From a virus (lineage: Duplodnaviria > Caudoviricetes): DNA of 61,697 nt. The number at the start of each line of letters is the position of its first letter. Position 1 is the stretch's first letter. Shown here in pieces: positions 8,362-17,755 of the stretch. The notes beneath the pieces are model-generated. The model worked only from the letters and a program-made list of their open reading frames with translations. It did no database searches and was not told where the DNA came from. Location: the IMG/VR virus record IMGVR_UViG_3300002485_000002, positions 1 through 61,697 of that record; one strand, 5' to 3'. Both the position numbers and the translations under genes were made by a program.

Positions 8362-9033
8362 TTACGCCGTCTTCTTGCCCGCCACAATCTCGGCTACAGC
8401 CGCGGCCACCGCCCCGGCAATCGCATCCTTGAACGTATTCTGCCGCAGAATCTCGCTTACGATGTGACTCTGCTCATCGACGTTCCAAATACGGTCAGTG
8501 GCGATGTCGCTATGCGCGCTGGTCTGCTTGCTCGCATCTGCATAATGGGACGCAAACATCGTATCGAGCTGCTTGGCCGCGTTCACCGCGTTTTGTAGGT
8601 GCTGAGTCGTTACGGCGTTGAGCGTCGCCAGTTCCTTCTGCGCCTGATTGGCCGCGTTCTGGAACAACCCCTGATTAAGAGCGAGCTGGGTGAAGTGAGT
8701 GAGCTGGCAGGTATCCGACAGCCACTTCAAGTTGTTGAACAACGTCCCGGCGTGGTCCGGCCCAGCCGAGTGCAGTCTCGCTGTTTTGCCCGCCGCCGCC
8801 GCCTGGATCGCCTCGGCGGAGAATGTCTCCGCCTGCTCGACCTGTGAGGCCGCGACTCCGGACGCGACTTGCTCAGATGTCTTCTGCGTCAAGTCGGCGA
8901 TGAGAGTGTTGGCGGTTTGTACCGCCTGTTGAACCGTCTGGGAAGCCCCCTGGGCTGCCGCAACGGCTTGAGTGAGTTGGGCTACAATCTGCGCAATTTG
9001 ATCGACAGTCAGTCCTGCTTGCACCTCAGCCAT
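8362..9033 (-). CDS. Ala/Gln-rich helical protein
   Basis: AAGGAGG RBS; extended -10 TGTGGTAAAAT just upstream. Confidence 0.7.
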   Translation of the reverse strand: MAEVQAGLTVDQIAQIVAQLTQAVAAAQGASQTVQQAVQTANTLIADLTQKTSEQVASGVAASQVEQAETFSAEAIQAAAAGKTARLHSAGPDHAGTLFNNLKWLSDTCQLTHFTQLALNQGLFQNAANQAQKELATLNAVTTQHLQNAVNAAKQLDTMFASHYADASKQTSAHSDIATDRIWNVDEQSHIVSEILRQNTFKDAIAGAVAAAVAEIVAGKKTA

Positions 9034-9108
9034 GTTTCATCCCTCCTTCGTCGATTTTACCACACGTTGCTGTACGGAAAATAGTCATTGGCGAGAATTG
9101 GGCTCATC

Positions 9109-12100
9109 TTAATCCACAACGAACTTTACCGCCACCGTGATCCGCTTCGCCGTCCCGCCTGCCGTGATCATCAGGTAGTCGATCCGCTCGGTGTTTGCCA
9201 CGTTGTCCTCGTTCGTGTCGATCGTTCCCGTCGCTCCCGAGGTCGAGCATGTCAGGTTCGATGACAAGATGTTCGCCGGGCTGCCATCGTCGCGCTGTAA
9301 GTTGATGATCGGGCTGCCCGCGTCTGATTCGCACTGAACCTCTGTGATCGTGATCCCCTGTCCGAGTCTGTTCATGTAAATCGTCGCTTGATCGTCACCG
9401 TCAACGATAACCGCACCGTTGTCGGCCCCGACTATGAACATGATCTGGCGCGTGCGGTCCACGGCGGGGAGGTCGCCGTGGACGATGGCGGCGGAGATGA
9501 AGTTCGTCCCGTCGCCCCGTAGGTAGTTCCCAGTGGTAGCCGCGCCCCCAACCCTCAACCCCGTCGTCACATTCACGATCGAGCTGAATTGGAAAATCTC
9601 GGAGGCATCGACCGAGAAGGTTATATCGGTTCCGGCGGGCGAGGCTTCCCATCCGATGATGGCGGCGTTCTGTAGACGGAAGTATCCGGCGTCCGCCACA
9701 TCCCCATCTTGTAAAAGAGATGTAGTGATCGTCGGCGAGGTCCCGAAGACCAAAGCGCCAGAGCCGACTTCGTCGCTGATGACCCCAAGTAACTGCAATG
9801 AGGTGGTGGCGGCAAAGAATGAAAGGTTGTCAGTCGCGTTGGGAACGGCATTACCGCTCTCCGTGAGGGTGACAGCATTGAAGGTGCCCGAGGCCTGCAT
9901 CACTTCGGAGGTATCCACGGTGAGGGTGATGTCGGTCCCGGCGGGGGAGGCTTCCCATCCGATGGTGGCGGCATTCTGTAACCGCAGGTACCCGGCATCG
10001 GCTGCGTCGCCGTCCTGGGATAGCGAGGTTGTGATGGTAGGGGAAGTTCCGAAGACTGCCACTCCTGTGCCGGTCTCATCATTCAAAACACCCAACAAGT
10101 CCGCTGAGGTAGAAGCCGCGAGATGGGAGATCCCCGCATCATAGGTCCAGTTTCCAGCCGTGATCCGAGGCACCCCAGTCGTACCGCTGGTGTCATCGCC
10201 CGTGCAACCCCGAGCAGCTTCACATTGCCCGGCGGCCCAAAAGGATGTAGCGCTGTCGCCCAGCGTCGCGGTAATCGACCCGGTTCCCTCAGCCGTGAGC
10301 GCCCCGGTCTGGCTGACCGTGATCCCGTTCGTCCCGTCGCCCGCCCGAAATACCGTCACCTGCGCATCCGCCGCCCGAACATCGAGCAGCGTACCGGCAG
10401 TGGGATTCCCGGTCTGCTGCCGGATTAAGAATTGCTGACTCGCCCCAAACGCCGATTCAAACGAGAACGTGACCGTCTCGGCAGTATTGTTTGAGGTGTA
10501 GGATGTGGCGGTATCGGCGGAATTCACCAAACTTTCCCATGCGGGAGTCCCTCCACTCACGTCCGCCGAGCAGGCAACGACGCCAAGAGCCGATACGGCG
10601 CTCACCTTGTCGCTGCCCGAGCAAGTCAGTGGCTGCACCGCCACGCTGTTCGCATTGGGCAGGGTAAAGGTACGAGCCAGAGTCGGGTCAGTCACCACAA
10701 TCGTGGTGTAGACATTGTCATCGGTTGTGCCCTCGAACTGGATAGGCGATCCGCCCAATAGTTCTTTCCCCGACAGGGCAAGTTGCGCAGCCAGCGATAT
10801 AACCGGAGTTTGTCCCCCGGTCGAACCGATTTCACTGGCGGTGCCGGACACAGAATCGACGGAGTTGTTGAAGGTCGTCCAGTCCGCCGACAACAGCGCC
10901 CCACGAACGGTCGCCGACGCCGACGGGAGGTTGAACGTAACCGAGTTGGCCGCGTGGGCAATGGCAAAGTCGGTTCCAGTAGTGCCCGTCGCCAAGCTCT
11001 TGTGCTCGATCGCCGTGGCCCCGGCGTTGGTTCCGAGAACTTGGTTGGCGGTCCCGAACGGGAGTTGCGCCAAGGTCGCCGAACCTGAGAGGTTTGAGAA
11101 CGCAGGTTGCGCCTTGCTGATGACCCCGAGCGTCGAGATGGCCGTTAAGAATTGATTCGCGGCTCCGGCGTCGGGCTGAACGGCGACGCTATCGGCGTTC
11201 GGAAGCGTGAACGTCCGCGCCAGCGTAGGGTCGGTCACGACGACGGTGACGTACACATTATCGTTGGTCGTGCCCTCCATCCGAAACGGGCTTCCACCGA
11301 GGAATTCCTTTCCCGAAACGTCGAGCGACGCGGACAACGAGAGCACGGGAGCAACGCCCGCTCCGCTTGAAGTAATCTCATTGGCGGTTCCCTGGACGTT
11401 GATCTCGGCGTCACGGGCGATTGCCGCCGGTACGTCGCCGTCCACAATCGCTGCCCACGCTGGAAGGGCACTCACCGCCCCCGTACCCGTCTGGGTCAAA
11501 AACTGTTTGGCGGTGGTCGTATTGCCAGCCACTCGCTGCCACGCCGGCGTCACGTTCCCCGCCAGAATATCCCCCAGAACCGCGCTCGCCGCAGCCGTGT
11601 CGGTGTGTGTCGCCGAGAGCAGATTATGCGCCGCCGTCGTGTCCACGTCCGCCGAACAGGTGATGACCCCGAGGGTCGAAACCCCACTTACCTTGTCCGT
11701 CCCGGAACAGGTCAAGGGCTGAACCGCCGCACTGTCCGCGTTGGGCACCGTGAGGGTTCGTGGCGCAGTTGGCTCCGTTACCACCAGCGTTGTCTCGAAG
11801 GCATCAGGAGTAGCCCCCTCGAACACCAAAGGGGACCCGCCAGAAAGTACTTTTGTGCTCAGATTCAGAACTGCTGCGATCGAGAGCGTAGGAGCGACGC
11901 CAGACCCGCTGGAGGTAATCTCGTTTGCCGTGCCCTGGACATTGACCTCGGAATCCCGCGTAATTGTAGCCGGCACATCCGCATCGACGATAACGGCCCA
12001 GGCCGGAAGGGCGCTGACTGCGCCGGTTCCGGTTTGAGTGAGGAACTGTTTAGTTGTCGTTGTGTTGCCGGTAACTTGCGCCCATGCCGGCGTAGCGTTT

Positions 12101-12372
12101 GCTGCAACGATGCCGCCCAGAACCGGGCTGGAAGCAAGCGAATCCGAATGGGTGGCAGACAGGAAATTATGCGCGCCCACTCCGCCACCGGGGCCGACCA
12201 GATTCCACGCTCCCGCTTGACAATCATACAAATTTCCGTTGGCATTGTTGACCGCCAGCATGATCGGAGCGCAAGAACCTGCCGGCACGCCGGCGAAACG
12301 AAGAATCACGGTGTTGCCGGCCTGAGCCAGCAAGGACGTGGTCAGACACACAAATAACAAGATCAGCCGCAT
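9109..12372 (-). CDS. Large tail-fibre-like protein with internal repeats and signal-peptide-like N-terminus
   Basis: T/S/A/G-rich; repeated GTANEIT and DE(T/V)G(T/S)GxxVFGTSPTI modules; C-terminal beta-sandwich. Confidence 0.7.
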   Translation of the reverse strand: MRLILLFVCLTTSLLAQAGNTVILRFAGVPAGSCAPIMLAVNNANGNLYDCQAGAWNLVGPGGGVGAHNFLSATHSDSLASSPVLGGIVAANATPAWAQVTGNTTTTKQFLTQTGTGAVSALPAWAVIVDADVPATITRDSEVNVQGTANEITSSGSGVAPTLSIAAVLNLSTKVLSGGSPLVFEGATPDAFETTLVVTEPTAPRTLTVPNADSAAVQPLTCSGTDKVSGVSTLGVITCSADVDTTAAHNLLSATHTDTAAASAVLGDILAGNVTPAWQRVAGNTTTAKQFLTQTGTGAVSALPAWAAIVDGDVPAAIARDAEINVQGTANEITSSGAGVAPVLSLSASLDVSGKEFLGGSPFRMEGTTNDNVYVTVVVTDPTLARTFTLPNADSVAVQPDAGAANQFLTAISTLGVISKAQPAFSNLSGSATLAQLPFGTANQVLGTNAGATAIEHKSLATGTTGTDFAIAHAANSVTFNLPSASATVRGALLSADWTTFNNSVDSVSGTASEIGSTGGQTPVISLAAQLALSGKELLGGSPIQFEGTTDDNVYTTIVVTDPTLARTFTLPNANSVAVQPLTCSGSDKVSAVSALGVVACSADVSGGTPAWESLVNSADTATSYTSNNTAETVTFSFESAFGASQQFLIRQQTGNPTAGTLLDVRAADAQVTVFRAGDGTNGITVSQTGALTAEGTGSITATLGDSATSFWAAGQCEAARGCTGDDTSGTTGVPRITAGNWTYDAGISHLAASTSADLLGVLNDETGTGVAVFGTSPTITTSLSQDGDAADAGYLRLQNAATIGWEASPAGTDITLTVDTSEVMQASGTFNAVTLTESGNAVPNATDNLSFFAATTSLQLLGVISDEVGSGALVFGTSPTITTSLLQDGDVADAGYFRLQNAAIIGWEASPAGTDITFSVDASEIFQFSSIVNVTTGLRVGGAATTGNYLRGDGTNFISAAIVHGDLPAVDRTRQIMFIVGADNGAVIVDGDDQATIYMNRLGQGITITEVQCESDAGSPIINLQRDDGSPANILSSNLTCSTSGATGTIDTNEDNVANTERIDYLMITAGGTAKRITVAVKFVVD

Positions 12373-12719
12373 CATCGTGTTATAAAGAGGACATTCACCG
12401 TTTCGGCGTTAGTGTCGCAAGCCAAGTAGATGTGGTCTAGCCGGATGAGGTTCACGTCCATCGAATAAATCGGCCAGACCTGCGTGGCGTAGATCAGCGC
12501 GCCGTAGTTGGTTGTACTCAAGTCAGGATTGCCGATGTAGAAACGAGCGCCGCCAGCATCGGGGTTGGCTTGGATAGCGACGAACTGAGCGCGTGGGGGG
12601 TTGCCCATAATCGGACGACGGGCTGCGGGGACGTCACTAAGTAGTTGCGACAACTGATAAGGCGTATTAGCCGTAGTCAGGGTAAGCGTGCCTGCCCAGG
12701 GAGTGTTCGAGACGGGCAT
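12372..12719 (-). CDS. Small beta-sandwich virion protein, paralog of 13176-13460
   Basis: IG...S.T.YGA...LD..Y pattern shared; TGATG coupling. Confidence 0.6.
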   Translation of the reverse strand: MPVSNTPWAGTLTLTTANTPYQLSQLLSDVPAARRPIMGNPPRAQFVAIQANPDAGGARFYIGNPDLSTTNYGALIYATQVWPIYSMDVNLIRLDHIYLACDTNAETVNVLFITR

Positions 12720-13162
12720 CAGGGCCTTCTCCACAACTTGCTGGTTGCCGTCCAGCTTCGGTCAGCGCAAACCTTGATCCACTGCCACAGGCTGTAGCAG
12801 AATAGTTCCCACAAATGATCCTCCATCCAGACAAATCGCCTCTGAAGATCATTGTGTTGCTCGCGCTGGATCTCAATGATCCGTACCTGCGTTCGATCAA
12901 TCTCCTGAAGGAGTGTCGCATTGAGAGCAGCCATCGCGGCGACCAGCGCCGTTTGATCGTTCGCTTCTTGCTCTTGCAACCCCCGCAGGATCAGTAGGAC
13001 TTCGACCTGGTTCCCCTGCGTGTGCGCACGAAGCTCGTCCTTGGCCGACTCCAGGGCTTCAGCGGCGCGATACTGATTGGCTATCAACTTCTCCAACCGA
13101 TCGTCAATGACTGGCCCGACAAAGCGGGTGATCTGCGGTGTAGGCACGCCCCAAGTAGACAT
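12719..13162 (-). CDS. Coiled-coil hypothetical protein
   Basis: AAGGAG RBS; heptad-like composition. Confidence 0.6.
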   Translation of the reverse strand: MSTWGVPTPQITRFVGPVIDDRLEKLIANQYRAAEALESAKDELRAHTQGNQVEVLLILRGLQEQEANDQTALVAAMAALNATLLQEIDRTQVRIIEIQREQHNDLQRRFVWMEDHLWELFCYSLWQWIKVCADRSWTATSKLWRRP

Positions 13163-13175
13163 CGGCGATAGCTCC

Positions 13176-13460
13176 TTACGGCGTGATCGCCAAAAGGTGA
13201 ATCTTCTGGGTATCGGTGCCTAAGAAGTAGAACTCGTCAAGGTTCGTGATCCCGTGCGGGAAGGGACCGATACGCTTTGCGTTGTTCGGGCCGGCGGTGA
13301 CGATAGCGCCGTAGTCAGTAGCAGAAACGCCGGAGCCGCCGATTTTGACATCGGCGTTGCCTGTCTCGCTCTCGACCATCAAGAATGAAATAGGCGTGTG
13401 TGCGGTAATGGCACGGGTCGCTGTCGCCCCGAGAGTAACGGTAATTGCGCGAAGCGCCAT
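13176..13460 (-). CDS. Small beta-sandwich virion protein
   Basis: AGGAG RBS; paralog of 12372-12719. Confidence 0.65.
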   Translation of the reverse strand: MALRAITVTLGATATRAITAHTPISFLMVESETGNADVKIGGSGVSATDYGAIVTAGPNNAKRIGPFPHGITNLDEFYFLGTDTQKIHLLAITP

Positions 13461-13473
13461 ATATTACTCCTAT

Positions 13474-15366
13474 CTAGCTCTCTTTCATCACCATTCTGGG
13501 CATCTCCTGCCCGCTGGCTTTGCGCCCCGCCGGATTGACCTGCATCCCGATGCCGAGCGATTGAGCGGCCTGTAAGCGCTCAGTGATGCTGTTGGCCCCT
13601 GACGGGGGATTGCCTACATTGGGGATGCCTAAGACCTCAAGAAGCGTCCAGGGGTCCACCAGACCAGCCCGCGCCAACTGCAGATACAACAACTTCCGTT
13701 CGATTTCGCTGGCCGACAGCAGCGATCCCGGAGCGATATGGAATGTGAACTGGCGCAGAAACTCTTGCGCCCGGTCGAAGCGAGGCATCGGCCCTCGGGC
13801 CAGCGCCTCGGCGGTCGCTACCCCGCGATTGTCAAAGTCAGAAGCGTGGACATAGTCTGGAATCAAGCTGCCCGGATCGAAGTCGAAGTCCTCCGGCGTA
13901 ACGCCATCTTCCCCTAGAAGGTGCAGCCGGATCGGCAGCGTGTCGAATTGGGCGAAGTTATAGGCCAACATCATCGCAAACTCGCGGACGAAGGACTCCA
14001 TCATCCGGCTCCACAGGCGGATTTTGGGCGTCATGGCCTCTACCAGCCGCTCAATGGTGTCACCGGAGGGGAGTTGGTTGAGCCGCGAGAGGTGCCCGAG
14101 ATCCCGAACGCCGCTCAGGGTGTCCATTTCGTTGATGAGGAACTGGATTGTCTTCTCGATCGTCGGGTCGAGCGGCGGTTCGAGCGCCAAGACCACGCCT
14201 TTTCCGGCGGTAGGATTGTGGCGGATGCGCAGACCGGCCCGGCGGGTGTCGATCGAGTTCAACTCCGACTTGCTGATCGAGTTCTTGTCGGCGATCAGGC
14301 CAGGACGCGCTACTCTCTCGTTATGGTCATCGACCACCCTCAGCAGGCTGTTGAGAGATTTCTGAAGCGGTAACAGGTCCCACAAGGGCGCTTTGCCGAG
14401 CCATGACCACGGCCAGGGGTTCAAGGTGAACTTAGGCAGCGGGATCAAGCCGTGCCAATACCTGTTCGGACCATCATGCAAGATGACCGTGTTGGTGGCA
14501 GTGATGCAGCGCCCACGCGGATAGAGCGGCTCATCCGGCTGGACGATGTAGGACCAGTTCGTCAGCGGGCGGCCAGCCTGATCGAATTCGCCCATCTGCA
14601 CGGGGTAGCTGTTCTCATTACGGGAATCGTCCCGGAGATAGACCGTGTAATGATCGGCGGTGGGGATGCGAGGGATTTCCCGCGCTGCCTTGCCTCGGAT
14701 GCGGTCCCAGAATGGGGAAACAGCCTCATAAATTTGGGCGGCGCGGGATTGAGCATCCTGCCGGGAGGAAGTCGAGCCGTCACGGTCAGGATGAATCTGG
14801 GAGGCGAACTGAGGCCACCGACGGCGCAGCGAGTTGACTGTCCGCTCCTCGCGGATGACGGCTCCGAAAGCGTCCTGCAACGTCAGGTTCGAGGAGGGCC
14901 GAATGGGGAGAACATCCCGAGGGTCCAAGGCGCGAACATCGGTGTCGCCTATCTCGGGGTTCCAGAACACATGCGGAAATCCGGTGCCCGCTACTAACCA
15001 ATACTTGACAACCTCCAGCAAGCGCAAGTCGATCTGGCGCTGAAGGTACCAGTGGGTTGCGCGCTTGCCGAAGATTTCAGATTGCTTCTCGTAGCGCTTG
15101 TTCTGGGTACGGTATTCCCAGAAAGGCTTGATGTCGGTCAGATAGGCAGCGAGGTCGTCGGCGACCTTGGCGTAATGGTTGGCCGAGGTAGTCGAGAGGT
15201 TTCCGGGGCGGATGTCTTCGCGGGTCTGGCCGACAGCCTCGATGGACTTGGCGATCAGGTTGTAGCCGGGCTGAGCTTTGACGAAGGATTCCCCCTCCTG
15301 AATAGCTTCCCGTATCCATCCGTGGACTTGGCTGTCACGGTCGGAGGTTGGAATCTGGTCAGCCAA
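13474..15366 (-). CDS. Portal protein (630 aa)
   Basis: Size and position after the terminase; motifs L.AGTG..HV.W, LDPRDV, GP..YWHG..P, L.PLQ..LN, M..LSG; GGAGG RBS with TTG start. Confidence 0.85.
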   Translation of the reverse strand: MADQIPTSDRDSQVHGWIREAIQEGESFVKAQPGYNLIAKSIEAVGQTREDIRPGNLSTTSANHYAKVADDLAAYLTDIKPFWEYRTQNKRYEKQSEIFGKRATHWYLQRQIDLRLLEVVKYWLVAGTGFPHVFWNPEIGDTDVRALDPRDVLPIRPSSNLTLQDAFGAVIREERTVNSLRRRWPQFASQIHPDRDGSTSSRQDAQSRAAQIYEAVSPFWDRIRGKAAREIPRIPTADHYTVYLRDDSRNENSYPVQMGEFDQAGRPLTNWSYIVQPDEPLYPRGRCITATNTVILHDGPNRYWHGLIPLPKFTLNPWPWSWLGKAPLWDLLPLQKSLNSLLRVVDDHNERVARPGLIADKNSISKSELNSIDTRRAGLRIRHNPTAGKGVVLALEPPLDPTIEKTIQFLINEMDTLSGVRDLGHLSRLNQLPSGDTIERLVEAMTPKIRLWSRMMESFVREFAMMLAYNFAQFDTLPIRLHLLGEDGVTPEDFDFDPGSLIPDYVHASDFDNRGVATAEALARGPMPRFDRAQEFLRQFTFHIAPGSLLSASEIERKLLYLQLARAGLVDPWTLLEVLGIPNVGNPPSGANSITERLQAAQSLGIGMQVNPAGRKASGQEMPRMVMKES

Positions 15367-15368
15367 GG

Positions 15369-15785
15369 TTAGCCTTCCTCAAGGAAGCTGCGTCCGCTGC
15401 CTTGATCGAACCAAGCAGCCTCGTTTTGGACGTTATGATCGCGCTCAAAACGCTCGACGGAATGAAGGGTGGGCAGATCATGGCGGACGAAACCTTGACG
15501 GGCATAACGCTCGGGCATCCGGCGGTCGTTGCGGTCAGGGTAGCGGACTTCGCCGGTTTTGGGGTGCATCCAAACAACAGCTCGCTCCGATGGATGGATA
15601 GCAGGAACATGCCGATACCCGTAGGGGCGGATTGGCAGCGAGGTAATCGAGACTTCATCGTCGTGGACGATATGCCCATCGGCGATTTGCAGGTGGCGAA
15701 CAGCCTGGGCGACCGCCAGTTCGCCATGCTGAGAACAGTCTCCCTCAATCGCTAGACCACAGGAGCAGCAGGCAAGGAAGGGCAT
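15369..15785 (-). CDS. Hypothetical pre-portal protein
   Basis: Packed between neighbours; its 3' end carries the portal RBS. Confidence 0.6.
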   Translation of the reverse strand: MPFLACCSCGLAIEGDCSQHGELAVAQAVRHLQIADGHIVHDDEVSITSLPIRPYGYRHVPAIHPSERAVVWMHPKTGEVRYPDRNDRRMPERYARQGFVRHDLPTLHSVERFERDHNVQNEAAWFDQGSGRSFLEEG

Positions 15786-15789
15786 GGCT

Positions 15790-16209
15790 CTACAGGTACT
15801 GATCCAGTAGTGCGATCATACGTTGACGACCCTGTTCAATCAGTTGCAAACGGTATTTTTTCTTGAACATTCCCTCTTCATCTTCAAGTGTCCAACCACC
15901 GATATAGAACTCATCCCCTGGCCGATACGGACCCTCTCCAGTTCCAGGCGTATTGACGTAGAAACACCGTCCGACTCTGCCATTCGGTAATCGTTCCAAT
16001 GCGGTCCATTGTCCACAAATGTGGCGAGAAGTTGATGCGCCTTTCCATCCTGTCCAACTAACCGGCATCCCCCTATAGACGAACACTGGCTCAGGCCAGT
16101 CGCACAATAAATCCTGCGGAATACAATCTGAACCCCATAGATCTACGATAGAGGCTAGATTTGCTGTCGCCAGTGCTGGCAACATCACAACAAGTGTTCT
16201 CCGCTTCAT
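15790..16209 (-). CDS. 139-aa protein with RR-hydrophobic leader and two capsid-like segments
   Basis: GGAGG RBS; TGWK-x9-GQ-xx-A and GPY-xx-G-x-EF-x-I match the MCP. Confidence 0.7.
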   Translation of the reverse strand: MKRRTLVVMLPALATANLASIVDLWGSDCIPQDLLCDWPEPVFVYRGMPVSWTGWKGASTSRHICGQWTALERLPNGRVGRCFYVNTPGTGEGPYRPGDEFYIGGWTLEDEEGMFKKKYRLQLIEQGRQRMIALLDQYL

Positions 16210-16213
16210 GGCC

Positions 16214-16627
16214 TTATCCTCCGAGATAGCCCTGCAACGCCCGCGTGACGATTTCCTCGATGGCGTCCTCCAACGGCTTGCGCCCGGCGGCGTACTTAAT
16301 CTTCTGAAGCAAGTCGGGCTTGATGTGGACAGGCTTACCGTCGAGCTTGATGGTGTTAGCGCGGCGCAGAAACTCAACTACGTGACCGCCGCTAGGGAAG
16401 TTGCGGCCAAGCAGCTTCTCAAGCTCCCGGCGTCGTTCATCGTTGAAATAGAGCGATCGGCCATCGTCATGGGACCAGCAGGAACGCAGGCGGGCGACGA
16501 TGGCGGCTTCAGTGGTCAGCCCGAGAGCGCGAGCCTGAGACTGATAGACCCGGTAGGTCTCCTCGGGAAGTTCGATCGACAGGACGATGGTGCGGGCGGG
16601 GGCGGACTGCACAGGGGCGGCTGCCAT
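16214..16627 (-). CDS. Putative ribbon-helix-helix-like DNA-binding protein
   Basis: VLSIELPEETYRVYQSQARALG and VHIKPDLLQKIKYAA segments. Confidence 0.5.
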   Translation of the reverse strand: MAAAPVQSAPARTIVLSIELPEETYRVYQSQARALGLTTEAAIVARLRSCWSHDDGRSLYFNDERRRELEKLLGRNFPSGGHVVEFLRRANTIKLDGKPVHIKPDLLQKIKYAAGRKPLEDAIEEIVTRALQGYLGG

Positions 16628-16636
16628 ACGGGAGAT

Positions 16637-16665
16637 ACAATACAGCAAGCCGGGGCGAGAGGCAA
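16637..16665 (-). promoter_or_regulatory. Promoter TTGCCT-17-TATTGT, near-leaderless
   Basis: Followed by ATCTCCCGT ATG; matches the 6273-6301 motif. Confidence 0.65.
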
Positions 16666-16673
16666 GATGGAGG

Positions 16674-17522
16674 TTAGCCCTCCGTCAGTTCCGAAAACCG
16701 CTCCTCCCACTCATCCCACATTTTAGCGGCTGAGATGTCGCTGGCCTGCCACGAGGGCACCTTCTCGCCCGCAAGGACCGGCTCCCGCTCGGTCTCTACT
16801 TCCATCGTCCAGTGGTGGCCAGCCCATAGGGTCAATAGGAGCGCCCGCAGGCGGTCATCGTGGGCGCCGTAGGCGGCCTTGGCCGACATCTTCACGGGAT
16901 CCATCTCGGCGCTGCGCATCTCCTCAATCAGCCACGGGCTGTTGATCGTAACGCGGTCACGATGTATGAACTTGGCCCCGCGTACCCATAGGTGAGTGAC
17001 CGACTTGGCGGTAGCGGTCCAGCCCAAAGCTCCAGTACGGCTCGGATGTGGGACCAAGGCATCGAGATAGGTCCAGACATATTGGTTGGTGTAGCCGAGC
17101 GTAATCATCTTACGCAGAGTCTGGAGACCAGGGCCGGGATAGACTTCGATGATCGAAAGGCACTGACCATCCTCGTTGGAGCCGCCGTAGAGACGCCCGA
17201 GGGCGTTGGCGACGATCCCGAGGTCCTCCGGGTCGATTGGGGCCGCATACTCGGCAACCTGCACGTCTGGTTCAGGCTCCTGGCCGATTCGCAGGACAGT
17301 GATCGCCCCGTTGTCAACGGTAATGTCATCCCGAGTGCGCAGCATACGGTCCCAATTGGGGATGCCCATGGTCGGGTCGATGCCCATAACGTAGGAGGCG
17401 CGTGGGCGCGGAGGTTCCCAGAGCCAGATAATGCCGCGAGGGTCGCGGTCGATTTCCCCAGCGTCGAGCGGAGAGAGAGTCTGAGTGGTTCCGATCGTAT
17501 AGGAGGTGGGTGTAGGCATCAT
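16674..17522 (-). CDS. terL: Terminase large subunit, stand-alone nuclease (RNase H-like) domain
   Basis: WEPP...YVMGIDP..G, QVAEY, IIEVY..G and HDDRL motifs; ATG at 17522 overlaps the upstream stop (ATGA). Confidence 0.85.
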   Translation of the reverse strand: MMPTPTSYTIGTTQTLSPLDAGEIDRDPRGIIWLWEPPRPRASYVMGIDPTMGIPNWDRMLRTRDDITVDNGAITVLRIGQEPEPDVQVAEYAAPIDPEDLGIVANALGRLYGGSNEDGQCLSIIEVYPGPGLQTLRKMITLGYTNQYVWTYLDALVPHPSRTGALGWTATAKSVTHLWVRGAKFIHRDRVTINSPWLIEEMRSAEMDPVKMSAKAAYGAHDDRLRALLLTLWAGHHWTMEVETEREPVLAGEKVPSWQASDISAAKMWDEWEERFSELTEG

Positions 17523-17731
17523 TTCCAAACAGTAGTTACGTAAGCTCCTGTTGGAGTATGATATTCTGTACCTTCCAGAACTACCCATTGCAGATTTGTT
17601 CCCGGACAGTTGGGTGAGAGTTCCGCATGGCTAACCATCAAGCAGCGTATCAGATCATCCGTCAACGCTCCATCTATTGCAGTACTACCCTCCTGTTTGC
17701 AATCCAGGCAACGCCACTTCTGTTTATCCAA
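17519..17731 (-). CDS. Small Zn-binding hypothetical protein between the terminase halves
   Basis: GGGGAGG RBS; CxxC...H...C. Confidence 0.6.
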   Translation of the reverse strand: MDKQKWRCLDCKQEGSTAIDGALTDDLIRCLMVSHAELSPNCPGTNLQWVVLEGTEYHTPTGAYVTTVWK

Positions 17732-17755
17732 TTTAGTAACCCTCCCTTTTAGGAG

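Noticed and set aside
9533-12357. Long plus-strand ORFs opposite structural genes
   Set aside because: Antisense shadows of GC-rich coding sequence, with no RBS or motifs noted.
9109-12372. DGR template/variable repeat pair
   Set aside because: No reverse transcriptase in the genome; the repeats lie within one ORF and differences are not adenine-specific.
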